Source of the DNA: Bdellovibrionota bacterium FG-2
GTDB taxonomy: Bacteria > Bdellovibrionota > UBA1018
DNA: 56,067 nucleotides
Assembly (NCBI GenBank): GCA_051382305.1
Contig: JBBCAV010000224.1
Span: 1-56,067, forward strand
Reading direction: 5' to 3'
The position numbers were made by a program, and so were the translations under genes. The notes beneath the pieces were generated by a model. That model made no database searches and was not told where the DNA came from. It saw only the letters and a program-made list of their open reading frames with translations. Below, piece after piece: positions 18,809 through 28,346 of this stretch (the first letter of the stretch is position 1; every line of letters starts with the position of its first letter).

Positions 18809-19255
18809 CTATTTGGTTTCTTTAGCAGTTGTTTTGGGTTCTTTGACATTTAGATCGCGCTCAATACGAGCCGCACGACCTTCAAGGCCACGAAGATAAT
18901 AAAGTTTCGAGCGACGCACTTTACCCGGCTGCATCACTTCAACTTTTGCCACTTTGGGTGAGCACATCAAGAATACGCGCTCCACGCCCACACCATGAGA
19001 AATTTTGCGTACGGTGAAGGAGCGGTTTGAGCCTTTATTGGAAATTCCAATGACGACTCCTTCATAACCTTGGATACGCTCTTTATCGCCTTCTTTGATT
19101 TTCACATGCACGCGAACCGTATCCCCGGCGCGAAACTCGGGAAGATCCGTCCGTTTAAACATTTTTTCAACAACTGCCACGCGATCCATGATGCCCCGAA
19201 GGTTCATCATCACGCCTTTTGAAGTTCTACGTTTCTTTACTTTTGTACCGGCCAT
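18809..19255 (-). CDS. rplS: 50S ribosomal protein L19 (N-terminal extension)
   Basis: [42 protein letters not shown]. Confidence 0.97.
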   Translation of the reverse strand: MAGTKVKKRRTSKGVMMNLRGIMDRVAVVEKMFKRTDLPEFRAGDTVRVHVKIKEGDKERIQGYEGVVIGISNKGSNRSFTVRKISHGVGVERVFLMCSPKVAKVEVMQPGKVRRSKLYYLRGLEGRAARIERDLNVKEPKTTAKETK

Positions 19256-19331
19256 TTTATTAATTCCTTATTTTCTTACTTTTGCAAATCCTAGCCTGTT
19301 GTCGCCTCAAAGCAAATGCCTCGAAACCGGT

Positions 19332-19919
19332 TTAATGTCCGAAAAGCCGATCAAGAATAATCCCGACAGCTGACCGAACAGAGAGGTGATTATAACCTCC
19401 GTTATCTTCTGGCCCGTACACCGGAGCTAGGATCCGATGTACCTCGGGATAGAAGTTTTGTGCCACGCCCCAGCCTGTTCCGAAGACCAGAATCACGGGA
19501 CGCCCTCCCCGCTTTGGATCTTCAAGCTCACTTCGATAAGAAGCATAGCTCTCAGAGCGGGAATGAAGTGTTGCATCCGTTAACACAACTTCTGGGGCAA
19601 CCCCGTAAGTCGCGATAATTTCTTGCTTAACCTCTTCAAACGACTTCGCCAGCCTCACTCTAGAAAGAGCCTCAAACCGATCTGGATGCTTCTCCTGGGA
19701 CCTGGCGCTTCGCCAATGGGATAAGATCCTTTCAACAAGTTCAAGCTGATCTACAAGCGGTGTCACAATGAAATACTTCTCAACACCGTACGTTCTAGCC
19801 GAACGCGACAAGTCATGAATGTCCATGTTTGTCACAGAGGTTGTAACGAGTTCGCCCTTGCGATTTACCACGGGGTGGTGAAGTAAACAAATGAAGACCG
19901 GCACAGGGATTCCTAACAC
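19332..19919 (-). CDS. SPOUT-type SAM-dependent RNA methyltransferase (TrmD-associated)
   Basis: LxHHPV, TSVTNMDIHDLSR, FGTGWG, YNHLSVRSA. Confidence 0.88.
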   Translation of the reverse strand: MLGIPVPVFICLLHHPVVNRKGELVTTSVTNMDIHDLSRSARTYGVEKYFIVTPLVDQLELVERILSHWRSARSQEKHPDRFEALSRVRLAKSFEEVKQEIIATYGVAPEVVLTDATLHSRSESYASYRSELEDPKRGGRPVILVFGTGWGVAQNFYPEVHRILAPVYGPEDNGGYNHLSVRSAVGIILDRLFGH

Positions 19920-19940
19920 TGTGAACTAGGGCAATCAAGA

Positions 19941-20639
19941 TTATTTAGTCGGCTTCGCTTGCCACAAATCGGGGCGCCGCACCTGGGTCCGCTTTTCCAT
20001 CTGAGCACGTCGCCACTTTTCGATTTCTCGATGATTGCCCCCTAGCAATACCTCAGGCGCACTGAGCTTGCCCTTGGGGCTCTCCCAGTCGCGAGGACGC
20101 GTATAAACCGGATATTTGAGCAAGCCCCCCTCAAAACACTCTTCAGAGAGAGATCGCTCATTGCCCACGACTCCAGGCAAGAGCCTCACCACCGTATCCG
20201 CAACAACAAGGGCCGGCAACTCCCCACCAGTAAGGACGTAGTCGCCAATAGAGATCTCGAGATCCACGCAGGCCTCGACAAATCGCTCATCAACCCCTTC
20301 GTAGTGCCCACACACAAAAATCAGCTGCGGAATTTTCACCAGGTCTTTGGCCAAAGATTGAGAAAACATGACGCCCTGAGGGGTAAGAAGAATCGTCTTA
20401 AATCCAGGCTTTTTGGGAATCGAACTCCAAGCCGCCCCCAAAACATCGGCTTTCAGGACCATTCCTTCGCCGCCACCAAAGGGGGGCTCATCCGTGGTCT
20501 TATGCCGATCGAGGGCGAAATCTCGTATTTGAATAAAATGAAAGGAAACAGCACCTTTTTCTTGGGCTTTGCCCACGAGGCTGGATTGCAGCGCGGTTGA
20601 AAAAATCTCGGGGAATAAACTTAAGAACCAGATTTCCAA
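19941..20639 (-). CDS. trmD: tRNA (guanine37-N1)-methyltransferase
   Basis: PFGGGEGMV, CGHYEGVDER, SIGDYVLTGGE, YTRP. Confidence 0.97.
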   Translation of the reverse strand: MEIWFLSLFPEIFSTALQSSLVGKAQEKGAVSFHFIQIRDFALDRHKTTDEPPFGGGEGMVLKADVLGAAWSSIPKKPGFKTILLTPQGVMFSQSLAKDLVKIPQLIFVCGHYEGVDERFVEACVDLEISIGDYVLTGGELPALVVADTVVRLLPGVVGNERSLSEECFEGGLLKYPVYTRPRDWESPKGKLSAPEVLLGGNHREIEKWRRAQMEKRTQVRRPDLWQAKPTK

Positions 20640-20646
20640 AACTGCC

Positions 20647-20907
20647 CTACTCTAAAATCTCAAGGACGGTCCTTTTGCGGAGTTTTGTTGAAGCACCGTT
20701 TAGAATTGTACGCACGGAGCGCGCAGTGCGCCCCTGTTTTCCGATAATTTTGCCTAAGTCCTCTTTCGCGACCTTGAGCTCAATGACCGTGGTATTTTCG
20801 CCGACGACTTCGTTGATATGAACTTGATCTGGAAAATCAACCAGCATCTTTGCCATGAACTCGATAAGCTTAGAAAGCTCGCTGAGACTTTTCGCTGGCT
20901 CGGACAT
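20647..20907 (-). CDS. khpA: KH domain RNA-binding protein
   Basis: [17 protein letters not shown]; directly downstream of rpsP. Confidence 0.9.
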   Translation of the reverse strand: MSEPAKSLSELSKLIEFMAKMLVDFPDQVHINEVVGENTTVIELKVAKEDLGKIIGKQGRTARSVRTILNGASTKLRKRTVLEILE

Positions 20908-20922
20908 CGCGCGTTCTCCCCC

Positions 20923-20950
20923 AAAAACTGCCCTTTTCAACCAAGGGCAG
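20923..20950 (-). terminator. Terminator-like hairpin between rpsP and khpA
   Basis: Minus strand CTGCCCTT-7 nt loop-AAGGGCAG followed by TTTTT. Confidence 0.55.
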
Positions 20951-20956
20951 CTAACC

Positions 20957-21202
20957 TTATTTTGCTAGGGTTTTAAGGAGATGTCCAACAGTTTGTGTGG
21001 GTTGCGCGCCCTTGGAGATCCAGACTTTGATCGCATCAAAGTCAACTTTGACCTTCTCAGCCGCAGTCTTTGCTTTGGGATAGTAGTGCCCAAACTTTTC
21101 CAAAACTGCTCCGTCACGTTTCTTACTAGAATCTACCGCGACGACGAGATACTGAGGGTTTTTCTTAGCGCCTTGTCTTGAAAGACGAATCTTAACAGCC
21201 AT
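20957..21202 (-). CDS. rpsP: 30S ribosomal protein S16
   Basis: [24 protein letters not shown]. Confidence 0.96.
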   Translation of the reverse strand: MAVKIRLSRQGAKKNPQYLVVAVDSSKKRDGAVLEKFGHYYPKAKTAAEKVKVDFDAIKVWISKGAQPTQTVGHLLKTLAK

Positions 21203-21240
21203 TTACCTTTTTCCTTTCGAATCTAAAACTTGAGGTTCTT

Positions 21241-23124
21241 TTAATTAGCAACTTGAGGCGCGCTCGTCAACTCATTTTGCCCAGCTTCTTCCAATAGGAC
21301 CGTGGTCTTGACACCGGATCTCAACTCCAGCTCATAGCCGACCAAGATCTCACCCGAGGAAAGCTCGGGTAGACTTGTTCCGGGAAGCTCAGCCTTCGGC
21401 ACCGTAAAGAGCCTGAGAATTTTTCGGGCCTTGAGTCCCGCTCTACCGGCCTTTCCAACAAATGGAGCCAAGATGAAGGCCAAGACGCGCCTCTTATAAG
21501 TTACCGCATGAACCTTGCCCGGAACCGTCTGTCCATTAATCGTAAAATAAGTGTCCGTGACTTCGTCCTTGCCGGGCTTATACATCCATTTCTCAACGCC
21601 TGTGGTCTTCTTATTATAAAAATCCACATTGCCCTGTCCAAAATCCTTCGTCCAGGCGAGCAAATCTCCAAGCCCTGCCCCCACAGTCTTGAGCTTTGTA
21701 TAGAGAGGCGACTCTGACGTGAGGATCGGTTGCAATCCAATCGAATAGGCCACGAGAATACTCTTTAAGCTATCCGAGTACAGAATCCAAATCGGGGTCA
21801 CGATTTCACCTTCGGCCGCGTTCCCATCAGTCAAACTCACGAGAAACCAATGGGTACCATCAGCGACCCTAGGCTCGCGGGTCTCAATCAAACCCAAACG
21901 AAGATGCATCAGGGGGTCAATGCTATAATCATCCGAAACTTGTTGGGGCATTTTTAAAACGAACGAAGAAATCGCATACTTCGACGAATCAACCGATCCC
22001 TGCAGAACCGAAATATCGGGAGTCTTATCTGAAGCGACAAGACCCGTCTCTGCCCAAATTGCTGCCACATCAACGGCCAGACTTGGCAAGAGACTTAACG
22101 GCTTTGCACCTAGCTTTCTGAATGCACTCATATAGGCCGTGATCACGTCTCCGGCTGAAGCATAGGGATTATTGCCTACAAGCTTAACCGACTCCAAAGC
22201 CGCCTGATCGGCAAGATCCACTAGGCCCACCGCTGTGAGGTAAGTGCGGACCTTCCACAAGCCAGAAGCCACTACGTTTCCTAGATCGTGAGCTTCCATC
22301 CCACTCTTATAGGGAATCAACGTTTCTGCCGAGCGAATGGCTTTGCCCCGAAACATGATCGTGCCGATTTGAGGGGTTGAAACCTGCGCCATCGCAAAAT
22401 AATCCGCAAAAGCTTCGTGCAAACCCATGATTTCGGGGTTTAATGCCTCCCCTACGATCGCTTGAAAAACGGAGTGAGTGGCTTCATGCATCGCTACGAC
22501 AGGATCGTAGGCGCTATCCAGGAGTTTAGAATTCGTGAGCCACATCCAAAACGTATTCTCAGCCGGAAGAAACGAAAGCGTCCAATCGCGGTTATTAAAA
22601 AAAGCGTTGTTCGTGGATTTGAGTCCCAGAGAGGGATCGTTTACGTCTCGATCCACCATCACGACTAGGCGTTGCGACGGTGAAAAGCCAAGCTGTTCCA
22701 TACGATCAAAAAGACCATTGATATAGGTGTAGATCGTCGCTTGCTTCACAGCCAAAATTTCTTGATCATCCTTCAAAACCCCGGTCTTTTCAAAAAGCGG
22801 GAGTGAAACTGAAAATTCCCCGTTCTTGCCACTTGGAATCAGTTGCTGAGGCGAATCGCAAGTTTTGGCACAAACCACCATGCGGTCATTTTGAAAAAAT
22901 ACATCTCGATAAGGCGCCATGAAGGCGCGCGAGGGATTGGCAATCGAAACTTTCGTAATCAGGCCTGCGGGCACACCGGAGGCCTTTTTCCAGAGGGCCC
23001 CAGCCCCCGCCTGGTCATAGTGGCCCACGATGGGGAGGGCTGTATCGGCGAGTACTTCGTGCCCCAATATGGCAACAAGAGCCGGAAGGGCAACGATAAA
23101 GCTTAGACGAAGAACTGAATTCAT
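21241..23124 (-). CDS. Secreted thermolysin/fungalysin-like (M4/M36-type) zinc metalloprotease
   Basis: Signal peptide; NNAFF; HEATH; GLHEAFADYFA; EAH. Confidence 0.75.
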   Translation of the reverse strand: MNSVLRLSFIVALPALVAILGHEVLADTALPIVGHYDQAGAGALWKKASGVPAGLITKVSIANPSRAFMAPYRDVFFQNDRMVVCAKTCDSPQQLIPSGKNGEFSVSLPLFEKTGVLKDDQEILAVKQATIYTYINGLFDRMEQLGFSPSQRLVVMVDRDVNDPSLGLKSTNNAFFNNRDWTLSFLPAENTFWMWLTNSKLLDSAYDPVVAMHEATHSVFQAIVGEALNPEIMGLHEAFADYFAMAQVSTPQIGTIMFRGKAIRSAETLIPYKSGMEAHDLGNVVASGLWKVRTYLTAVGLVDLADQAALESVKLVGNNPYASAGDVITAYMSAFRKLGAKPLSLLPSLAVDVAAIWAETGLVASDKTPDISVLQGSVDSSKYAISSFVLKMPQQVSDDYSIDPLMHLRLGLIETREPRVADGTHWFLVSLTDGNAAEGEIVTPIWILYSDSLKSILVAYSIGLQPILTSESPLYTKLKTVGAGLGDLLAWTKDFGQGNVDFYNKKTTGVEKWMYKPGKDEVTDTYFTINGQTVPGKVHAVTYKRRVLAFILAPFVGKAGRAGLKARKILRLFTVPKAELPGTSLPELSSGEILVGYELELRSGVKTTVLLEEAGQNELTSAPQVAN

Positions 23125-23218
23125 GAAAAACCTCCAAAATCAGGGCATGGCCCCGGTTGAGCCGGAAACAAGTGCGGCAGGTTTATCCTATTTAGACGCT
23201 GTGTGTCAAGAAAAAGTC

Positions 23219-24157
23219 CTAAACTGACCAGTCCAGCATTCGCTGAAGCGGGACCAAAGCTTTTTGACGGAGATCCTCATCCATAATCATTTCCGGTACT
23301 TCATCCCGCAGGCACAGGTAAATTTTCTCCAGCGTGTTGAGCTTCATGAATGGACATTCGTTGCACGCGCAGTTGCCATTAGGTGGAGCCGGGATAAGCT
23401 CCTTTTCTGGCGCTTTTTTACGCATTTGATGAAGGATGCCCTCTTCGGTTGCCACGATAAAGGTCTTTTTGGCGGAATCCGTGACGTATTTCAACAGGGC
23501 CGAAGTACTGCCCACAAAATCGGATTTCTCAAGTAGCGAAGGCTCACACTCGGGATGGGCGATCAGCTCCGCATCAGGATGCTCCAACCTCAATGCTGCG
23601 ATTTTCTTTTCTGAAAACGTTTCATGAACAATACAGGTCCCTTGCCAGAGCAGCATCTCGCGACCCGTCTTTTTCGCGACGTAAGCGCCCAAGTTACGAT
23701 CGGGGGCGAAAATGATTCCGCGGCCCAACCCAAACTCGCGCGTCGCGCGCTCGACGATCCTCACGGCGTTGGAGCTCGTGCAAATGACGTCGCTTTGCGC
23801 CTTAATCGCAGCCGAGCAGTTGATATAAGAAATAACCAAATGATCCGGATGCTTCGCCCGAAAGCGCGCAAATGCTTCTGGCGGACAACTATCGGACAAC
23901 GAACAACCAGCGCGCATATCGGGCAGAACAACTTTGCGTGAAGGGTTCAATATCTTGGCCCCTTCGGCCATAAAATGCACCCCCGCAAACACAATGAGAT
24001 CGGCTTGAGTCTTTTGCGCTGCACGTGCAAGCTCTAAGCTATCGCCGACAAAATCCGCGATATCTTGAATATCAGGCTCTTGATAGTAGTGCGCGAGTAG
24101 GACCGCGTTCTTTTCTTTTTTGAGGCGTGCGATTTCGGTGAAGAGATCGAGGGTCAT
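23219..24157 (-). CDS. nadA: Quinolinate synthase
   Basis: LAHYYQ, GDSL, GVHFMAE, AGCSL, CIVHE, HPEC, CPFMK; ATGA overlap with the upstream gene. Confidence 0.96.
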   Translation of the reverse strand: MTLDLFTEIARLKKEKNAVLLAHYYQEPDIQDIADFVGDSLELARAAQKTQADLIVFAGVHFMAEGAKILNPSRKVVLPDMRAGCSLSDSCPPEAFARFRAKHPDHLVISYINCSAAIKAQSDVICTSSNAVRIVERATREFGLGRGIIFAPDRNLGAYVAKKTGREMLLWQGTCIVHETFSEKKIAALRLEHPDAELIAHPECEPSLLEKSDFVGSTSALLKYVTDSAKKTFIVATEEGILHQMRKKAPEKELIPAPPNGNCACNECPFMKLNTLEKIYLCLRDEVPEMIMDEDLRQKALVPLQRMLDWSV

Positions 24158-25494
24158 CTTCCCACCCCAGGATTTCGTACTCCTAAATGCTTTGAAATCG
24201 CATCCATCCACGGCCTAAAAAGAAGCAACCCCAGCAAGACAAGACCCATCAACGGATTCAAAACTGAACCAATACTCATGTCTGCCACAATAAGATAAAA
24301 CCCTTTCGGAAGGCAAATGCCTATCAAGAGTCCAAGCGTCGCCCATTGTTTTCTTGTCATGGGCCGCTCATCGGCAAGAATCAGAACAAGCGGCAGCAAC
24401 AGATGCACCAGACGATAATCAAATGAATACTGCGGCAAAATGACAAAAGCCGTCGAGATGAGCGCCATGCATTCCCATAATTCCATCACCGGTCGCCTCA
24501 AAATTTCAAAACAAACTACGATCAACACGCCACCCGTAATCCAAATGTACCCCTCTCCGGCCAAACTCTCGGCAAACATACCGAATAGATAGGAGTCAGG
24601 AAACTGCAGCCTAAGCCCATGAAACATAGCGAATAGGCTCGAATTATGCTGAAGAACAAGCAAACCCAATCTCTCAGCGTTCTTCGAGTATGCTAAGAAC
24701 GAATCCCCCAGCAAAGACATAGTTTCCATCAGAGGACCTTCAAAACTAACCAAACTCACAACGGTGAACAAAGCAAACAGAAGAAACGAAGCAAAAGCCG
24801 CGCCCCACTTTTTTTTCTTTAGAAATAAGACACCAAACACCGCGGGAAAAAGTTTCATGCCCGCACCCGCGGCCAGAAAAACCGCAGCGTTATAATACCG
24901 TTCTTTTTGGAAAGCCCATACAAAAAGCCATAAAAACAAAAAGACAAATCCCTCCACGTTCCCTCGATCTAATATCATATGAAACGGATAGGTTAAGAAC
25001 CCAAGAACAAGAACATTATAGAGGTGACCTGCAAAAGACTTAACGCGCAAAAAACAATGAATAAAAAGCCCGAAAATCAAGAAATTAGCCACCCAAAAAA
25101 GATAAAGCGCTACTTGATAAGAAAAAAAGGTAAACGGTTTTATGAGCAAATGGGTAAACGGAAAATAGTTGCTAGCATAAAAAATGGTCCCAATTCGATA
25201 GGGGTTACCGTTCATTGTCTGTCCCCAAGTCGCAAAAAAATCCCCGAAAAAATGCACGCCGGGTATTCCAGGCCCCGGACCCGTGACCGGAAACTGATCT
25301 ACCGGCCTAAACAGATAAGTGTTCTCGGGATATTGCCTCTCCAAATAAAATACTTGAATGTAGTAGAAGAATACTGAAAAACAAAAACCGAAGAGTAGCA
25401 CAAGACTCGCGATTTCTATTTTTCTGAAGTTCCCCTGATTTTCCACTTTTTCTTCCCGAATTGTCTGCCCGTAATGTTTGCAATACCCATCCAA
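24154..25494 (-). CDS. GT-C fold membrane glycosyltransferase (GT87/DUF2029-like)
   Basis: FGDF, NYFP, RGN, KLFP, N.S, DY.L motifs; many TM helices. Start may be GTG 25446. Confidence 0.75.
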   Translation of the reverse strand: MDGYCKHYGQTIREEKVENQGNFRKIEIASLVLLFGFCFSVFFYYIQVFYLERQYPENTYLFRPVDQFPVTGPGPGIPGVHFFGDFFATWGQTMNGNPYRIGTIFYASNYFPFTHLLIKPFTFFSYQVALYLFWVANFLIFGLFIHCFLRVKSFAGHLYNVLVLGFLTYPFHMILDRGNVEGFVFLFLWLFVWAFQKERYYNAAVFLAAGAGMKLFPAVFGVLFLKKKKWGAAFASFLLFALFTVVSLVSFEGPLMETMSLLGDSFLAYSKNAERLGLLVLQHNSSLFAMFHGLRLQFPDSYLFGMFAESLAGEGYIWITGGVLIVVCFEILRRPVMELWECMALISTAFVILPQYSFDYRLVHLLLPLVLILADERPMTRKQWATLGLLIGICLPKGFYLIVADMSIGSVLNPLMGLVLLGLLLFRPWMDAISKHLGVRNPGVGR

Positions 25495-25556
25495 TTGAAG
25501 GTAAACTATTTTTGGATTCTTAATCTTTTAATTAGAATTGTAAAGGGTGTTACTTA

Positions 25557-26519
25557 ATGTCCGACAATAGCCACACCTGCTTATCGATCATTGTTCCCGT
25601 TTTCAATGAAGAAGAGATGCTCCCTTATACCTTCGAGAGACTGATCTCACTAAGAAGGCAACTGCCTTTCCGACATGAGCTGATTTTCGTCAACGACGGC
25701 AGCACGGACCGAAGCCTAGAGCTGCTTATGTCACTCAACTTGGAACACAGAGACAAAGAAATCGAAATCAAAGTCGTTGATTTTTCAAGGAACTTTGGCC
25801 ACTCTGCAGCTGTGCTGGCAGGGCTTGAAGTAAGTCGATGTGAACTAATCGCCATCTTAGACGCCGACCTGCAAGACCCGCCCGAGCTCATTCCGAGAAT
25901 GATCGATGTTCTTAATCAAACAAACTCAGATGTCGTGTATGGCAAACGCATAGTGCGCAAGAACGAAACCGTTTTCAAGCGATTCACCGCCTGGCTGTTT
26001 TATTGGCTTATCAGCTCGACTACGGGGACTACTATTCCCCGTGACTCAGGAGACTTTCGAGTGATGACCCAAAACGTAAAGAATGCCGTTTTATCAACAC
26101 ACGAACACGAGCCGTTCCTTAGGGGGCTCATTGCTTGGGTTGGATTTCGCCAGGTCGCTTTCCCGTACATTAGGGAAGGGCGCACCTATGGCTCAACAAA
26201 ATATGGTTTAAAAAAAATGTCTCGTTTTGCCTTACTTGCGCTAACCAGTTTTAGTGCCAAACCTCTATTTTTTGCGATCTATTTAGGCTTCTTTGGCATG
26301 ATGATGTCCCTTGCGCTCGCCTTCTGGGCGATCGGAAGCTGGCTATCAGGCGGAACGGTACACGGCTGGACCTCAACGATAGCTACTTTTGGCTTTATGC
26401 AGTCAATTACTTTCGTTTTTCTTGGTCTTCAAGGCGTGTACATTGGCCGAATTCACGAAGAAACGATGAATCGCCCCCGATATGTGATCCGAAAAATTCA
26501 CTCAACTCTACGAGACTAG
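25557..26519 (+). CDS. GtrB/YkcC-like polyprenol-phosphate glycosyltransferase (GT2)
   Basis: VPVFNEE, NDGSTD, SRNFGH, DADLQDPPE, GDFR, two C-terminal TMs. Confidence 0.92.
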   Translation: MSDNSHTCLSIIVPVFNEEEMLPYTFERLISLRRQLPFRHELIFVNDGSTDRSLELLMSLNLEHRDKEIEIKVVDFSRNFGHSAAVLAGLEVSRCELIAILDADLQDPPELIPRMIDVLNQTNSDVVYGKRIVRKNETVFKRFTAWLFYWLISSTTGTTIPRDSGDFRVMTQNVKNAVLSTHEHEPFLRGLIAWVGFRQVAFPYIREGRTYGSTKYGLKKMSRFALLALTSFSAKPLFFAIYLGFFGMMMSLALAFWAIGSWLSGGTVHGWTSTIATFGFMQSITFVFLGLQGVYIGRIHEETMNRPRYVIRKIHSTLRD

Positions 26520-27349
26520 AACCAGAATCTATAAAGAGCCTTTCTCAGAAACGCATAAAAATGGGCGCGCACTATTCCCATCCACAAATCAAATGAAGAA
26601 ACCCGAAAGAGGCCATGGCGTGCAATAGACCGATAGAAAGCAGAAGTTTGATTCGCTTGAATATTTACAAGCTGCGAACTCCACGAAGTTGAGGTCACGC
26701 GAAAAGAACAAAGGCCTTCTGGAATCGCATAGAGATCCCCCCACCTCAAAAGACGAAACCAGAAATCCAGATCAATCAGGTATGGGAATTCCGCACTGAA
26801 ACCCCCAATCTTTTCTATGAGCGACTTTCGGAATAGAACCGCCGAGGGCTCCCCTAAAGGATTCCTTCCGGACCGAACGGTCTTCTTGACGACCCACTTT
26901 CCCACAATCTGACCACGCATTCCCCTCAAACCTTGTGCTTTGAGCAAGACTTTTCCGTCTTGATCAATCACTTGACGTCTGCAAGAGACTAGGGCGATTT
27001 CGCCGTCTTTATCCCGCAAAAAAACCGCCACCTGCCTTTCAAGGCACCGAGGCAATAACACATCATCGGCACACAGTAGTTTTACAAAACGTCCGCGCGC
27101 ATGGGAAATCACCCGATTCCAATTACCTTCCGCACCGATATTGGTCTCATTCTTATAGATATGAACTCGTTCGGACTCAAACTTTTTTGCCCGAGCCAGA
27201 GTTCCATCGGTTGAACAATTATCCACCAAAATAATTTCAAAATCTTGAAAGGTCTGACTCAGAACTGATTTCAAAGCCGCTTCAATAAATGATTCACAAT
27301 TGTAGGCGGGGATACAAACGGAAACTAGCGGGGGTGAGAGTTCTCTCAT
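26516..27349 (-). CDS. Family 2 glycosyltransferase
   Basis: VSVCIPAYN, DNCSTD, ADD, GEPSAVLFR, DLDFW. Confidence 0.92.
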   Translation of the reverse strand: MRELSPPLVSVCIPAYNCESFIEAALKSVLSQTFQDFEIILVDNCSTDGTLARAKKFESERVHIYKNETNIGAEGNWNRVISHARGRFVKLLCADDVLLPRCLERQVAVFLRDKDGEIALVSCRRQVIDQDGKVLLKAQGLRGMRGQIVGKWVVKKTVRSGRNPLGEPSAVLFRKSLIEKIGGFSAEFPYLIDLDFWFRLLRWGDLYAIPEGLCSFRVTSTSWSSQLVNIQANQTSAFYRSIARHGLFRVSSFDLWMGIVRAHFYAFLRKALYRFWF

Positions 27350-28236
27350 TCTGAAAAAACCCTCTTAATTCCTTCTTCCAAACTGACCTGCGCGATCCAA
27401 CCCGGCAAAATCGGGGCAACATCCCAGGGCGTAAACATTTCACGTTCGCGATACGGCAACTTACCCCATTCAATGGGCAGCGATTTATGAGTGAGTTTTT
27501 GAATGAGTTCCACCAAATCTTTGATTTGAATTGGGCTACCTGAGGACAGGCAAAACCGTTCATGCGACAAAACAGCCGTCTTCAAATATTCTCTTGCTTG
27601 GAGAAAACCCCGAATCACATCGTCAACATAAACGGGATCGATATACTGCTCGCCTGCCGTCATTTCCAGGAGTTTTCCCGAGAACTGAGCATCACGCAAC
27701 AAATTAATCACTTTTCGCCGAGGGTCCGCAGGGCCATAGGTATCAAACAACTTAAGGGTGAGGGCTCGCAAAGATTTGGTCTGCGCGTAGAAATCCAGGA
27801 CATCTTGAAACGCTTGCTTGGTCGCCGCGTAAAGCGCTACGGGATGATAGGCGCGGCTATTGAAATTCTGCCAAGACGATCCCAAGTTAATAAGCACTCC
27901 ATTTCCTTCAAGACTCAAAGCCTCCGCCAATTGCACGGAGAAAAGGATGTTACTCTCGATGAGCGGTAAAACGTCTGCGGTTTTGTGACTGACGAGAAAA
28001 AGCGACGCCAAATGATAACAGACGTCCGGATGAATCAGCGCACAAGCTCTTGTCACCGACTCCGTTGTTCCATCATAAATGTGCCAGATCACCTCATTTT
28101 CGTGAGTTCCCAAAACATCTTTAGACGAATGTGCGCGGGCCAAACAATGCACTTCATTCCCCAAAGCGAGTAGCTTGCGGACTAAATGGCAGCCAAGATA
28201 ACCCGTGGCGCCAGTGATCAAGATTTTTTCAGACAT
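27346..28236 (-). CDS. NAD-dependent epimerase/reductase (CDP-paratose/abequose synthase-like)
   Basis: GATGYLG, HLAS, YAATK, DTYGP.D.R.K, YRERE. Confidence 0.8.
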   Translation of the reverse strand: MSEKILITGATGYLGCHLVRKLLALGNEVHCLARAHSSKDVLGTHENEVIWHIYDGTTESVTRACALIHPDVCYHLASLFLVSHKTADVLPLIESNILFSVQLAEALSLEGNGVLINLGSSWQNFNSRAYHPVALYAATKQAFQDVLDFYAQTKSLRALTLKLFDTYGPADPRRKVINLLRDAQFSGKLLEMTAGEQYIDPVYVDDVIRGFLQAREYLKTAVLSHERFCLSSGSPIQIKDLVELIQKLTHKSLPIEWGKLPYREREMFTPWDVAPILPGWIAQVSLEEGIKRVFSE

Positions 28237-28346
28237 CTCATAGAAGGTACCGTCTTTTCAACGCGAGCGAAAGCATATACGCATCGCATCGCACTTCTTC
28301 GATTGATTCATCCTCCTTCCCCTGCATAAACTATTGATCTGAGTCC

